Part shown: piece by piece, positions 37,914-48,310 of the stretch
How the letters are laid out: each line of letters starts with the position of its first letter
How positions within the stretch are numbered: the first letter of the stretch is position 1
Source of the DNA: a virus
Taxonomy: Duplodnaviria; Caudoviricetes
Virus record (IMG/VR): IMGVR_UViG_3300029288_000076
Coordinates: 122,387-186,386 of that record
Direction: 5' to 3' (one strand)
Length of the DNA: 64,000 nucleotides
Notes under the pieces: model-generated
Told to the model about the DNA's origin: nothing
Databases searched by the model: none
The model's input: the letters and a program-made list of their open reading frames with translations, nothing else
Made by a program: the position numbers and the translations under genes

Positions 37914-40571
37914 TCATACTCCATAAATTTGGCTTATAATACTTCTTCCTAAATCTATTTTATCAAATTTTGTTGGCTTCCCGCCAAATGCTCCTAAATC
38001 TACTAAAGCTTCAGTAATTGTTTTGCTAACCCTTTTCCCTTTTAGCTTTTTCTGAAAATCATTAACATCATCATATGGTTGATTACTTACAATAGCATCA
38101 GCAACTTTGTCTCCGCAACCCTTGAGGAGAGAAAAGCCCAACCTTATACTAGTGCCATCTATTGAAAAATCCTTCTTTGACTTGTTAATATCAACGCCCA
38201 ATATTGATATATGACTTTTTATGCAGTCAATTAAGTAGAGTTCTCTTTTATCAGAATATGAAGTGTTACTTAAAAGCGATACCATATACTCTCTAGGATA
38301 ATACACCTTCAACCACATATCCCAATACGCCAAAAGTGCATACCCAGTAGAATGCGCTTTGTTGAAAGAATAGTTTACAAAATTTACAATAGTATTCCAT
38401 ACTTTTAAAGTAATTTCTTTATCAAATATGGATTTCTCAATAAATTCTTTTCTTCTTTTTTCTATGGCCTGCTTATCTTGAGTGTCTTTAGTTACAAATC
38501 TCCTCCAATTATCGGCTTCATGATAGTCAATACCCAAAAACTTAGACGCTATCTTCATAACCTGTTCCTGATAGATTGGAATACCAAATGTGTCTCCAAG
38601 TATACCGTCTAAAATTCCGTTTTGCTCTCTCCTTGCAGAATTTTTTAGAATAATAAATTCATCAACAAAACCAGAAGAAAGAGGACCAGGCCTGTAAAGC
38701 GCGTTTGCCATTACTAAATGGTCAAACTTTGTAGGTCTCAATTTCATAAGTAAATCAGTAATTCCTCTAGACTCAAATTGAAAGATACCTTTTGTATTAC
38801 CTTTTGCAAATTGCTCAATAACTCTTTTATCATCAATATCAATTAAATTTAAATCAATATCTTTATCAATCAATTTTAGGGTATCTTTTATAATTGTAAG
38901 ATTTGAAAGACCTAATATATCAAATTTTAAAAGCCCTATTCTGCTTATTTCATGTGTTCCTTCTGATTCTGGCCACCCAGTAAGTTCAATTTTATTCTTC
39001 ACCACAATAGGAATAACTTCATCAATATTTTGTGGAGCTATAACAATACCTGCTGCATGTTTTGATATATGTCTAGGCTTTCCTTCTAGCTTTTTAGCTA
39101 TATTCCAAATTTCAGGATAATTTTTAGCAAAAATTTTAATTTCATTGTGATTAACTTTTGCATCGTTAAGCGATTCAGAAGAAAAAATACTTTTACAAGT
39201 CATATCAACAAGTCTGTCATCTAAATCAAAAACTCTTCCTAAATCTCTAAGTACTCCTCTTGAAGCAAGTGACGAAACTGTCATTATATCTGCTACATTT
39301 CCATATTTCTCCCTCAGATATTCTTTTACTGTATCTCTTTTTGTATCTTCAAAATCAATATCTATATCAGGATAATCTTTTCTATTCTTATTAATAAAGC
39401 GCTCAAACATAAGGTCATATTTAATAGGATCTAATTTTGTAATGTCAAGCAAATAAGCAACTAAACTTCCGCCAACACTTCCCCTACAAGGACCTACCAT
39501 AATATCATTATCTCTGCAAAAGCGCATTATATCATAAACAACATAGAAATATCTTAAGAACTTCATTTGCTTAAGAATAGAAAATTCATACTCAAGGCGT
39601 TCATTATATTTTTCTAAATCTTCAACACCAAAAAGCTTATATTCATAATTTTCAGTTATTGCATTTAAAAGAATTTGTTCTATTTCTTTAAGGCTTATTT
39701 TTACATTTGGAAGCTTTGTTGAAACGTCAAACTCAAACTGTTCACATTCATTAGCAACTTCACTTGTATTATTAATAAATTCAAGCAATTTGTTCTCAGA
39801 AAGTTCAAGTCCATTTTCTTTACAAATAATATATGACTCTAAAAATTGATCTAAGTTTCTAACATACAAATCCTTATAATCTGTAAATAGTTTTGAATTA
39901 CCAATTTTTTGATTTCGTTGGATTGCTATTAATGCTTCTTGAGCCTTAACATCTTCAGGATTTACATAATGACTATCTGTTGTAATAATACATTTAATAT
40001 CAAATTGTTTTGAAAGTTCTAATAATTTATTATTAGTTTTAATTTGGCGGGGAACATTATATAACATCAACTCAAAGAAATAATTTTCTCCAAAAACTTC
40101 TTTTAATTTCGCTACTTTCTTTTCTATATAGTCGCCTGCATCTAAATCAATCGCTTGTGGAATATCTCCGCCAATACATGCTGAAGTTACGATAAGATCG
40201 CTAGCATTTTCAAAAAGAAATTCTTCATCTATTAAAGGCTTATAATAGAAATGACGCCAACCATAATTATGAAGTTTGAGAAGATTTAGATAACCTTTAT
40301 AGTTTTTTGCTAAAAGAGTTGTGTGGTATGTAAGTTTGTCAGAAAGCTTTATATATGCTTCAAAACCAAAAAGAAATTTGAGATTATTTTGTTTTGCCTT
40401 AACATAAGCTTCCATTGCACCACAAAGATTACCATGATCTGTAATGCAAAGAATACTATCATAGAAACTATCACTTTTAATTTTAGAAATATAGTCATCA
40501 ACAGAAGCAACACCATCAAGAAAAGAATACTGACTGTGACAATGTAAATTGACAAATTTAATTTGTTTCAT
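37914..40571 (-). CDS. dnaE: DNA polymerase III alpha subunit (family C)
   Basis: HCHSQYSFLDG/TDHG/DSHY PHP domain, RGSVGGS, PDIDIDF, KFDILGL, YSFNKAH. Confidence 0.96.
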   Translation of the reverse strand: MKQIKFVNLHCHSQYSFLDGVASVDDYISKIKSDSFYDSILCITDHGNLCGAMEAYVKAKQNNLKFLFGFEAYIKLSDKLTYHTTLLAKNYKGYLNLLKLHNYGWRHFYYKPLIDEEFLFENASDLIVTSACIGGDIPQAIDLDAGDYIEKKVAKLKEVFGENYFFELMLYNVPRQIKTNNKLLELSKQFDIKCIITTDSHYVNPEDVKAQEALIAIQRNQKIGNSKLFTDYKDLYVRNLDQFLESYIICKENGLELSENKLLEFINNTSEVANECEQFEFDVSTKLPNVKISLKEIEQILLNAITENYEYKLFGVEDLEKYNERLEYEFSILKQMKFLRYFYVVYDIMRFCRDNDIMVGPCRGSVGGSLVAYLLDITKLDPIKYDLMFERFINKNRKDYPDIDIDFEDTKRDTVKEYLREKYGNVADIMTVSSLASRGVLRDLGRVFDLDDRLVDMTCKSIFSSESLNDAKVNHNEIKIFAKNYPEIWNIAKKLEGKPRHISKHAAGIVIAPQNIDEVIPIVVKNKIELTGWPESEGTHEISRIGLLKFDILGLSNLTIIKDTLKLIDKDIDLNLIDIDDKRVIEQFAKGNTKGIFQFESRGITDLLMKLRPTKFDHLVMANALYRPGPLSSGFVDEFIILKNSARREQNGILDGILGDTFGIPIYQEQVMKIASKFLGIDYHEADNWRRFVTKDTQDKQAIEKRRKEFIEKSIFDKEITLKVWNTIVNFVNYSFNKAHSTGYALLAYWDMWLKVYYPREYMVSLLSNTSYSDKRELYLIDCIKSHISILGVDINKSKKDFSIDGTSIRLGFSLLKGCGDKVADAIVSNQPYDDVNDFQKKLKGKRVSKTITEALVDLGAFGGKPTKFDKIDLGRSIISQIYGV

Positions 40572-40606
40572 ATATTATTATATTTTAGATTGCACATCAT
40601 AGAAAA
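40569..40606 (-). promoter_or_regulatory. Promoter-like element upstream of dnaE (copy at 46269-46306)
   Basis: 34/38 identity with 46269-46306; TATAAT 5 nt before the ATG. Confidence 0.6.
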
Positions 40607-40673
40607 GAAAAAAGCAGTTTTTGCTGCTTTCGTTTCTAGTTACTTTATTCTAAAATAAAGCAAAAAAATCACC

Positions 40674-41561
40674 TTATAAGTTCTTTAAAGTTATAGAAAC
40701 CTCTAATTTATTTGTAAACTTAAATTTTTCTAACTTTAAATAATCATATTCTGTCTCAAAATCTCCTGGGTCTCCTTTTTCAAGTTTAACAACTTCTACA
40801 ATATCAAAATACGATATCAATTTTTGAGTTAATAACAAAGATTCTTTAAATTTATCAGAATCTAACATTAAAATAATATGATTAATTTTCTTTTTTAAAA
40901 GAAGTTTTATATGTTCATCACTAAAATAACTTCCCAGAAGGCATGTTGTATTTTTAAATCCTAATGAAAGCATTTTCAAACAATCAAATGGTCCTTCAAC
41001 TATTATAACTTCGTTTTTCAAATGCTCATAATTAAAAAGAACTTGCGAGCTTGCCTTATTAATTTCTTCTTTAGCTGGATGTAATGTCTTTTTACCTTTA
41101 CCTAAAAATCTTCTAGTCGTAAAATAAACTAATTTTCCATCTTCAAAAAACGGAATAATAAGCATTCCTAGATACTTTTTATCATCAGTATAACTTAAAA
41201 GATATCTCTCTATTATTTCATCTGAAATGCCACGGCCTTTTATATATTCATAAGCAATTTTTGCTATATGAGAATTATTATGTAAAATAGGAATTAAAGT
41301 AAGATTGATTTTTCCATTTAGTATAGTTTTTCTATCTTTAAAACTTTCTTTAACATTACCAAAATAAACTCCATTTATACCTTGTTCATTTAAAAGTTCT
41401 TCAAGCTTACCACCTCTCCCGCAACGATAACAGTGATAGAGTTTCTTCTTTAGATTTATTGTTAAGTGGCCTTTTTTGTCAGGACAATAAGGACAATAAG
41501 TAAGGAATTCACCGTTTTGATATTTGACTTTTTTAAAATAAGTTTCAATTGTACTTAGCAT
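40674..41561 (-). CDS. DNA primase (zinc finger + TOPRIM)
   Basis: CPYC...CYRC, VEGPFD, LDSD, DPGD. Confidence 0.9.
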   Translation of the reverse strand: MLSTIETYFKKVKYQNGEFLTYCPYCPDKKGHLTINLKKKLYHCYRCGRGGKLEELLNEQGINGVYFGNVKESFKDRKTILNGKINLTLIPILHNNSHIAKIAYEYIKGRGISDEIIERYLLSYTDDKKYLGMLIIPFFEDGKLVYFTTRRFLGKGKKTLHPAKEEINKASSQVLFNYEHLKNEVIIVEGPFDCLKMLSLGFKNTTCLLGSYFSDEHIKLLLKKKINHIILMLDSDKFKESLLLTQKLISYFDIVEVVKLEKGDPGDFETEYDYLKLEKFKFTNKLEVSITLKNL

Positions 41562-42811
41562 TAAATATCGCCTATTAGCATTCTATCTAAATCCACTAAT
41601 ACTGGAATCTGAGCACCGCGCCCTTTTACGTTTCTTGCCTTTGATACAAAAAGCCTTCCCATATTAGCTTCTAATTCTGCTTCTTCTTGTAAAAGAGCCC
41701 AAACATTATCAGCTTTTCTAAATTTCTCTTTAGACCCAGCCATTGATTTTTCAGTCAAGACTTTTTTGCTTAGTTCACTCGCCGTTACTTGGCTCACTGT
41801 AAATATTGGAACTTTTATTCTCTTTGCCATCTGTTTCATTTCTTGAGCAATGCTTCCTTGTTCTTCATATTTAAAAGTACCACCATAACGATCATCATTA
41901 CTTCTCATAAGATCGATATAGTCTATTAAAATAACATCTGGTTTAAATTCTTTTGTTTGTTGAAGTAATGGAAGTATTTTAGACTCGATATTACTTGTAG
42001 TAAGTGTATCTTCTAAAGATTCATAAACCAAAAACTTGCTTTTTGTATACTCACAAAACTTACCAAGAATTTCTTTTACTTTATCTTGATCAACTAGAAT
42101 ATCATTAAATGTAGCGTGCATTATTCTACGGATTAGTCTTTCAAGAACATAACTTTCTTCAATTTCTAGTGTAATATACAAAACACTTTTTCTCTGACTT
42201 AATGCACCGTGTGCCATATTAATAAGAAATGTAGTCTTTCCTTGACCAGACCCAGCCATCATAACTGACAAGTCGCCAGTATTAACACCACCATGCAGCA
42301 TTTTGTCAAGCTCTGTTATTCCAGTTCTTATATGATCTTCAATTCTTTTAGTTATAAGAAGATCAAAATATGAATCGAAATCGTCGAATAATTCTATTCC
42401 TAAGTACGTAGAACTAAGATTAAAAGAACAAATATCGTTAATAGTTTTATAATACAAATCATAATTAATAAATTTTCCATCTTGAAAATCTCCAAGTGCT
42501 TTATTAACTAACTCTTCCATCCTAGCTCGTTTTACAAATTCAACTAACTTTTCAGAATAGTATTCTGTGTCATTAACTTCTAAATTATTAATTTCTTCAA
42601 TATAAGAAGTATATGTTTCAAATTGTATTTTGAGAATATCATAAGTAAGCTGTTTTCCCTTTTTATAATAATTTTCTACAAAATTGTAAATCTCTGCTAA
42701 ATATTTTTTAGAAAAATCATTTGGCTTTATGTTTCCAAAACAAAGAATTCTAATTTGTTCATTCTCAATCACAAGTTTAAGAAGTGCTTTTTCAAACTCA
42801 ATTGATATCAT
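41561..42811 (-). CDS. DnaB-like replicative helicase
   Basis: AGSGQGKT, YITLE, IDYIDLM, VSQ, KAR. Confidence 0.9.
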   Translation of the reverse strand: MISIEFEKALLKLVIENEQIRILCFGNIKPNDFSKKYLAEIYNFVENYYKKGKQLTYDILKIQFETYTSYIEEINNLEVNDTEYYSEKLVEFVKRARMEELVNKALGDFQDGKFINYDLYYKTINDICSFNLSSTYLGIELFDDFDSYFDLLITKRIEDHIRTGITELDKMLHGGVNTGDLSVMMAGSGQGKTTFLINMAHGALSQRKSVLYITLEIEESYVLERLIRRIMHATFNDILVDQDKVKEILGKFCEYTKSKFLVYESLEDTLTTSNIESKILPLLQQTKEFKPDVILIDYIDLMRSNDDRYGGTFKYEEQGSIAQEMKQMAKRIKVPIFTVSQVTASELSKKVLTEKSMAGSKEKFRKADNVWALLQEEAELEANMGRLFVSKARNVKGRGAQIPVLVDLDRMLIGDI

Positions 42812-43013
42812 GTTTATATTTTTTATCTACCTAATTTTCTAAAACACTGCATAACAAAAGAAACAAATATTGTTCTCCAAGAATCATAAATAGCAAATGC
42901 TCCATAATCAGCACCAAAATCACATTTTGGGCAACCTTTCTTATTTATCCAAAATATATATTTGCAATGAGCACATACCCTTATACTATTTTTTAAGTTT
43001 AGATAAATCATAT

Positions 43014-43811
43014 CTAATCTATCCTCATCAAAGATTCAAGTTCATCGACTTCTTCTTGAGTTAATCCATTACCAGAATCTGATTTTGTAAGAAATTCAAT
43101 TATTTTTGTTCTATACTCATCATCTCTGTTGTTCCAATCGCTAAACAACCTAAGTGCTTCGATTGGTCTCATGAAATACCCTTTTCGGGCATACTTATAA
43201 CATCTGAGCAATGAAGAAACAGGGCAATGGATGTTTTTTAATCTAAGAAGTCTTAACTTTTCATCATGCATGAAATCAGCATCTACTAATGCTCTTGTAT
43301 CATTAAGTAGTCCTGCTCTAATAACAGTGAAGTCAAAATTCTCAAGTATCTCTTCCATTGTTCCAGTAGCAACTATAGCACCTTTGTTTTCTGGCTTAAT
43401 TAACTGGATAGGCGGACAAGCGAAAAGAGAACGTTCTGTATCTAGTATACCTTCATATGTGATTGATACTTCATTTTCGTGTTTTAATTTTAAATCAAAG
43501 TAAGATGTAATTCTATCTTTGAAAGGATCAAAGAACTCTTGATCGTAGACATAGATATCTACATCGCTTGCTGGCTCTGGTTTCTTTCGTGGCGAACACA
43601 TATACCTAACATATCCACCACAGATGAATGCCTTATTCTCATAAAAGTTGTTTCTGAGGAATTCATAAAGTGATTTAATCTCTGTAAAACCTCTCATGAC
43701 TCTTGCTTGTTCGAAACCTTGCTTAGAAACATAAACTTCTTTTTCTTCAGATTTTTCTTTCTTCATTTCTTCTTCTACTGGTTTAAGAACTTGCTCTTCA
43801 AAATTATCCAT
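43014..43811 (-). CDS. Nucleotidyltransferase (CCA/poly(A) polymerase head-like)
   Basis: GGYVR, SDVDIY, FDFT, R..KY..KGY. Confidence 0.7.
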   Translation of the reverse strand: MDNFEEQVLKPVEEEMKKEKSEEKEVYVSKQGFEQARVMRGFTEIKSLYEFLRNNFYENKAFICGGYVRYMCSPRKKPEPASDVDIYVYDQEFFDPFKDRITSYFDLKLKHENEVSITYEGILDTERSLFACPPIQLIKPENKGAIVATGTMEEILENFDFTVIRAGLLNDTRALVDADFMHDEKLRLLRLKNIHCPVSSLLRCYKYARKGYFMRPIEALRLFSDWNNRDDEYRTKIIEFLTKSDSGNGLTQEEVDELESLMRID

Positions 43812-43813
43812 TT

Positions 43814-44398
43814 TTATCTCCTTATCTCATTTGAGAAATTGTTAACTTTTATTAGCTTTGCAGATCCAAGAATTCTACTAGTAGCATGAGCAGATAATCT
43901 TTCTTTTAATTTATCAAGTAAATTCAAAGTTATGATTATTGGCTTCTCATTGTAGAATCTATAGTCAATAACTTTCACAAATTCTTTTTCAGAAAATTTA
44001 GAAATGTCTACACAAAAGACATCATCAACCAAAAGATAATCTACATTACTAAGGAACCCTATAAATTCTGAGATGCTATCTTTAGTTTCAAGAAACTTTG
44101 AAATTGTGTCATCAAAATCAAGGAATGTTATAAAATAGACCTTATCAATTCTACTATATTCTGCTAGCAGTACTTTAAACAGTGAACAAAGAAGGTGCGT
44201 CTTTCCAGTAGCAAAGTCACCGTGCAATATTATATTTTCTTTTTTGTCTCCTACAATAAAATCAAATAAGCTTTCTGCTACTTCTTCATTATTAGTAAAA
44301 TCAAAATTAACAAACGATTTGTTCTGCATTGATTTTGGAAGCATAGCATAGTAGTTTGAGCATTTGAGTTCTTGAAGAGATCTTATAGCTTCATTCAT
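43814..44398 (-). CDS. DnaC/IstB-like AAA+ helicase loader
   Basis: GDFATGKTHL, LLVDD, IDYR, SRI. Confidence 0.85.
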   Translation of the reverse strand: MNEAIRSLQELKCSNYYAMLPKSMQNKSFVNFDFTNNEEVAESLFDFIVGDKKENIILHGDFATGKTHLLCSLFKVLLAEYSRIDKVYFITFLDFDDTISKFLETKDSISEFIGFLSNVDYLLVDDVFCVDISKFSEKEFVKVIDYRFYNEKPIIITLNLLDKLKERLSAHATSRILGSAKLIKVNNFSNEIRR

Positions 44399-45870
44399 TT
44401 AGCTTCACCTTTAATCTTCTTAGCAATGAACTCTTCCCATTTATCATGCTCTGCCCCGTGTTCTTTTCTCATCATTAAACTTTCTTTAATGCCCAAATTC
44501 TTTTTTGTATACTCTATGTATCTTGACAAGGCATTTTCTGTTTTAAAATGAAAGTGCTTTGGAAATGAACCGGTAAAAGCAAGACCAGAAATTTGACTAT
44601 CTACAAAAACTCCATAGTCAAAACCGTTATTATATATTTTTGAATCAATTAAATTTTTAGCACAGATAAGAAAATCTTTATAAGCTTTAGAATTCTTTTT
44701 TATATTTCTAATACTTTTCAACACAACTTTTTCTTCTTCTGTTTTTGATCTTAATACAGCACTTTCTAATTTTTGCTTATATATTTCATAGATATGTTCT
44801 GCGACATCTTTTTCAGTTTCATTAAATTCTATATTTACAACTTTCTCATTCTCAAGATAAACTATAAAAGAATCGTAGTATGTTTTAAACAGCCTCACGT
44901 TTATTCTCTTTTTCTCATCAAACAAAAAAGAACAGAATTTTTGAAATATATTATTAACTTCAATATCATAACCAAAAGCAACATCATTTAATTGAACAGC
45001 AAACTTCTTAAATAATTCCCAATCCCTATGTGTATCATCAATCTTGAATAGCTTTTTAAATTTTTTAAATCTCATATAATGTGACAATATAGAAGCAAAT
45101 TCAAGAGATATCTTATCTATAAAATCAATCGCGTATCTATTTTCTTTATCAGTGAGGCTTCCTTCAAATCTTGAGAGTTTCGCACTTTCTATTAGTTCTT
45201 TTTCTTTTAATAGTTCTTTTAATAGAAAAAGAGAAGATCTATTATAATAATAGAATAATAGAAATAGTGCATTGGAAGAAATGTTATTACACTCTGGCAG
45301 ATTTATATAATAATCCATATCGCCAATTGAATTATGCTCGCTTGACAAGAATATGTTATTTACTTGAAATAATAACTCTTCTAACTCACTATTTTTAAAT
45401 CTATTTAAGAATAAAGAATTAATTTTGTTAATGAAATCAATATCTTTTGACAAGTTGAAGCGTAAAAAAATATCATTTATATCTTTTTCAGACAGAAAAG
45501 CAAATTTGATTAGTGCTTCTTCGCTTAAATTTATTTTAAAAGTTTCATTAAGTCTTAGCTTATTAAATTGCTCATTTGCATTCAATATTTGAAAGTTATG
45601 ACTTGAAATTTTTGAATGCAAATCACTAATTTGGCAAAAAGATACTAACCCAAGAAAATTAAAACCATTAATAATTTTTTTTAAAGTATTGCCAGAAATT
45701 TTTAAGCTTGACAACGCTATGGTAAAAATTATGTCTTCGCCTTTAACGAATTTAGATAAAAAATAAGACAACGCTGTCCATGCAGAAGGCGAAATTGTAT
45801 TATGCAATTTTTGTATAAAGTTATTTTTGAAATAAAGCGAGGCAAATATGCCTATATGTTCTTCTTTCAA
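44395..45870 (-). CDS. Hypothetical protein, candidate replication initiator
   Basis: 491 aa, directly upstream of loader-helicase-primase; positional inference only. Confidence 0.4.
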   Translation of the reverse strand: MKEEHIGIFASLYFKNNFIQKLHNTISPSAWTALSYFLSKFVKGEDIIFTIALSSLKISGNTLKKIINGFNFLGLVSFCQISDLHSKISSHNFQILNANEQFNKLRLNETFKINLSEEALIKFAFLSEKDINDIFLRFNLSKDIDFINKINSLFLNRFKNSELEELLFQVNNIFLSSEHNSIGDMDYYINLPECNNISSNALFLLFYYYNRSSLFLLKELLKEKELIESAKLSRFEGSLTDKENRYAIDFIDKISLEFASILSHYMRFKKFKKLFKIDDTHRDWELFKKFAVQLNDVAFGYDIEVNNIFQKFCSFLFDEKKRINVRLFKTYYDSFIVYLENEKVVNIEFNETEKDVAEHIYEIYKQKLESAVLRSKTEEEKVVLKSIRNIKKNSKAYKDFLICAKNLIDSKIYNNGFDYGVFVDSQISGLAFTGSFPKHFHFKTENALSRYIEYTKKNLGIKESLMMRKEHGAEHDKWEEFIAKKIKGEAK

Positions 45871-46259
45871 CTAGCCTCTTGATACACAAAATATGCACTA
45901 AATCGTTCTATTATTCTACTCTTAATTTCATCATTTTTCATTTCAGGAACTTTTCTCCAATCTTCAATACACTCATCATTATTTTTAACATTATCAAAAT
46001 AGAACTTGAAATGCTCAATTAAAAGTTCTATATAGTTATGTAAAAGATTTACAATATTTACTTGTTCTTCTAAACAATTTTGATATTGTTCTAGTATATT
46101 ATTGTTTTTAAGAAACTTTTCAACTATTTTTTTAGTTGTTCCGTTTTTGTGCTTTTTATACCCGCTTTTATTAAGCTGAAGATTTTCGTACTTGATAAGA
46201 CGTTTTATTTCTTTAGACATTAAAAGATTTACATTAGTTTCCATAAGACAATTCTCCAT
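45867..46259 (-). CDS. Hypothetical protein, first gene of the leftward block
   Basis: 130-aa ORF downstream of the promoter motif. Confidence 0.5.
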   Translation of the reverse strand: MENCLMETNVNLLMSKEIKRLIKYENLQLNKSGYKKHKNGTTKKIVEKFLKNNNILEQYQNCLEEQVNIVNLLHNYIELLIEHFKFYFDNVKNNDECIEDWRKVPEMKNDEIKSRIIERFSAYFVYQEAS

Positions 46260-46268
46260 AATGAATTA

Positions 46269-46347
46269 CATATAGTATTATATTTTAAACTGTACATCAT
46301 AGAAAAATAAAAAAGAACTTATATACATCGCATTTTAAAATATAATA
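46269..46347. promoter_or_regulatory. Divergent promoter pair at the strand switch
   Basis: TTTAAAATATAATA on minus (46276-46289) and on plus (46334-46347). Confidence 0.65.
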
Positions 46348-46379
46348 ATACATATCATACAATTATAAAGGAGATAAAC

Positions 46380-46610
46380 TTGTTTTTATGCGAAAGATTC
46401 TCATGTAAAATGACATCTAAAAAATCATGCAATATCTATAGTATTGCTCATCCTAAATTATGTAAAGAATGTGAAAATGCAATTATAGAAACTGAAGATA
46501 CACCAATAAATATTAAAAAAATAGATCATAAATTACATAATAAACAAAGAAAATTATACTTAGAAAAATATTATTTTGAAGAAGAAAATTATAACAAATC
46601 AATGCGCTAG
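46380..46610 (+). CDS. Small Cys-rich hypothetical protein
   Basis: AAGGAG RBS, TTG start. Confidence 0.55.
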   Translation: MFLCERFSCKMTSKKSCNIYSIAHPKLCKECENAIIETEDTPINIKKIDHKLHNKQRKLYLEKYYFEEENYNKSMR

Positions 46611-46736
46611 ATTAAAAAATTATAATAATTGAAGTCGTAAAAAAGGTTTACATAAACAGCATACTTATATATAATATAAACAACCAGTGTAATCTAAAAA
46701 TGTTCGGTTTTAATATTGAAGAAAAGATTATAATAT

Positions 46737-46811
46737 CTGGCTGTAGTTCAATGGATGAACAATGGTCTTCTAAGCCATTTGATGTAGGTTCGACTCCTAC
46801 CAGCCAGACCA
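46737..46811 (+). tRNA. tRNA-Arg(UCU)
   Basis: CTGGCTG/CAGCCAG acceptor, loop CTTCTAA, TTCGA, CCA. Confidence 0.92.
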
Positions 46812-47079
46812 ATTTTTAACAAAGAGCAAGAAGATAGAACTAAAAAGACTATTAGTAGAAAAAGATTTTAAAAGTCCTGGAAAAACAAACGGTAAACTTA
46901 AAAAATGTTTTTCTTAAACAGTAAACTATTATGAGAAAAATTAAGATCACATGGATCAAAATTTTATTTTCTATTTCTTTAATCTTCCTTGATACTTCTA
47001 TATGGTTTAACAATATAGCCCATACTTTTTGTGATAAGCTTGATATTCACAAGAAAGATCTTTGGGATGATGAATAATT

Positions 47080-47156
47080 CGGGGTGTAGGCTAGTTTGGT
47101 AAGTCACTCGGTTTGGGGCCGAGAGATCCTCCGTTCAAATCGGAGCATCCCGACCA
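47080..47156 (+). tRNA. tRNA-Pro(UGG)
   Basis: CGGGGTG/CATCCCG acceptor, loop TTTGGGG, CCA. Confidence 0.93.
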
Positions 47157-47161
47157 GTTAA

Positions 47162-47235
47162 TGCGAAGTGGTATAATGGTATTACGCCTGTCTGTTAAAC
47201 AGGAAATTTAGGTCCGATTCCTAACTTCGCAGCCA
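47162..47235 (+). tRNA. tRNA-Asn(GUU)
   Basis: TGCGAAG/CTTCGCA acceptor, loop CTGTTAA, atypical T-loop TCCGATT, CCA. Confidence 0.88.
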
Positions 47236-47657
47236 GTTTTAAAATGAGGTTAAAAGTGTATATTGAAGATTCTAAAGTAAAAAGAATTTATCCTAACAAT
47301 AGAGAAGACAAACCAATAATTCCATACTTCAAAAAATATGGGACGTGGTTTGAACATGAATGTCATCATGTTTTTATAAAAGACAGAATTCTTGTTCGTG
47401 GAATTACATTAATATTTTGGAAATGGCAAGTATTGCTTTGGATTTGTGAGATAGGATAGAAAAATGATTAAAATTGTTAAAACTAAGAACTTTTCTTCTG
47501 AAAATAAAATAGATTGTGAAAAAGATCTTATTTTTATAAGACAAAATATTAATGTTCAAACCACAAATGCTATAGGAAAAGAATGTATATTTAAACAATT
47601 CTTAAGCATAATAGAAGATATTGTAAAAAATAGAACTTTGCATTAAGAAGATAGAAA

Positions 47658-47930
47658 ATGAAACAAGAAAAAGCTTATACTCGCAAAAATAGAGAACTAG
47701 ATATGGATGAGCTTGAATATTCTGAATATTGGTGCGGAAAACTTACAGAAGCTCAAAAATCTGTAATCAAACAAAAGAAAGAAGAGAATCAATTTATTGG
47801 CGTAGGTAGATTTCCAGGAGAAATGAATTATTATCCAATGATTTTGATTAATGGAAACTTTAAATTAGTAGACAAAAAAGGTAATTATTATTGTCAACAG
47901 CCAGCGTTAACTGGGCAAAAAACTTACTAG
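47658..47930 (+). CDS. Hypothetical protein
   Basis: 90-aa ORF in the plus-strand train. Confidence 0.5.
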   Translation: MKQEKAYTRKNRELDMDELEYSEYWCGKLTEAQKSVIKQKKEENQFIGVGRFPGEMNYYPMILINGNFKLVDKKGNYYCQQPALTGQKTY

Positions 47931-47943
47931 TATAGGTATTAAA

Positions 47944-48309
47944 ATGAAATTAATAGAAACAGAAGCTTATATTCCTAGAATTATGAGGAAATATGAAAAA
48001 ATTCAATCAGTTATAAAGCCTAAAATTGGTATGAAAGTAATTCATTATGCTACTTATCTTGATGGATCAACAGACACTATTACTGAAATAATGAAAGATA
48101 ATTGTTATGTTTGGTTAAAAAATCTCGGCAATAAAGAAAACATAACTGATGTATTATTAATTCCAAATTTAACTATCAAAGAATATAATCAGTTGTATTA
48201 TAAAGTACTTATAAATAAGACTAAAAAAATATTGACAAACATATTTTCTCCAACACTATGGAAATGGAGATTGATAAATCTTTTCAATAAATTTGAGAAG
48301 GAGTGGTAA
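47944..48309 (+). CDS. Hypothetical protein
   Basis: 121-aa ORF in the plus-strand train. Confidence 0.5.
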   Translation: MKLIETEAYIPRIMRKYEKIQSVIKPKIGMKVIHYATYLDGSTDTITEIMKDNCYVWLKNLGNKENITDVLLIPNLTIKEYNQLYYKVLINKTKKILTNIFSPTLWKWRLINLFNKFEKEW

Positions 48310-48310
48310 G

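Noticed and set aside
30922-42811. Inteins or introns in recA, TS, dnaE, primase and helicase
   Set aside because: Protein lengths are ordinary and no splice motifs or interrupted frames are seen; the HNH genes are intergenic
2426-45398. Many plus-strand ORFs of 60-135 aa (e.g. 5552..5917, 17674..17997, 29436..29843, 31877..32230)
   Set aside because: Antisense to well-supported genes, with Ser/Phe/Leu-biased shadow composition and no RBS
46737-46811. Possible amber suppressor tRNA (CTA inside the anticodon loop) and stop-codon recoding
   Set aside because: The 7-nt loop CTTCTAA centres on TCT (Arg). Long genes are intact under the standard code, and TAG, TGA and TAA all serve as ordinary stops.
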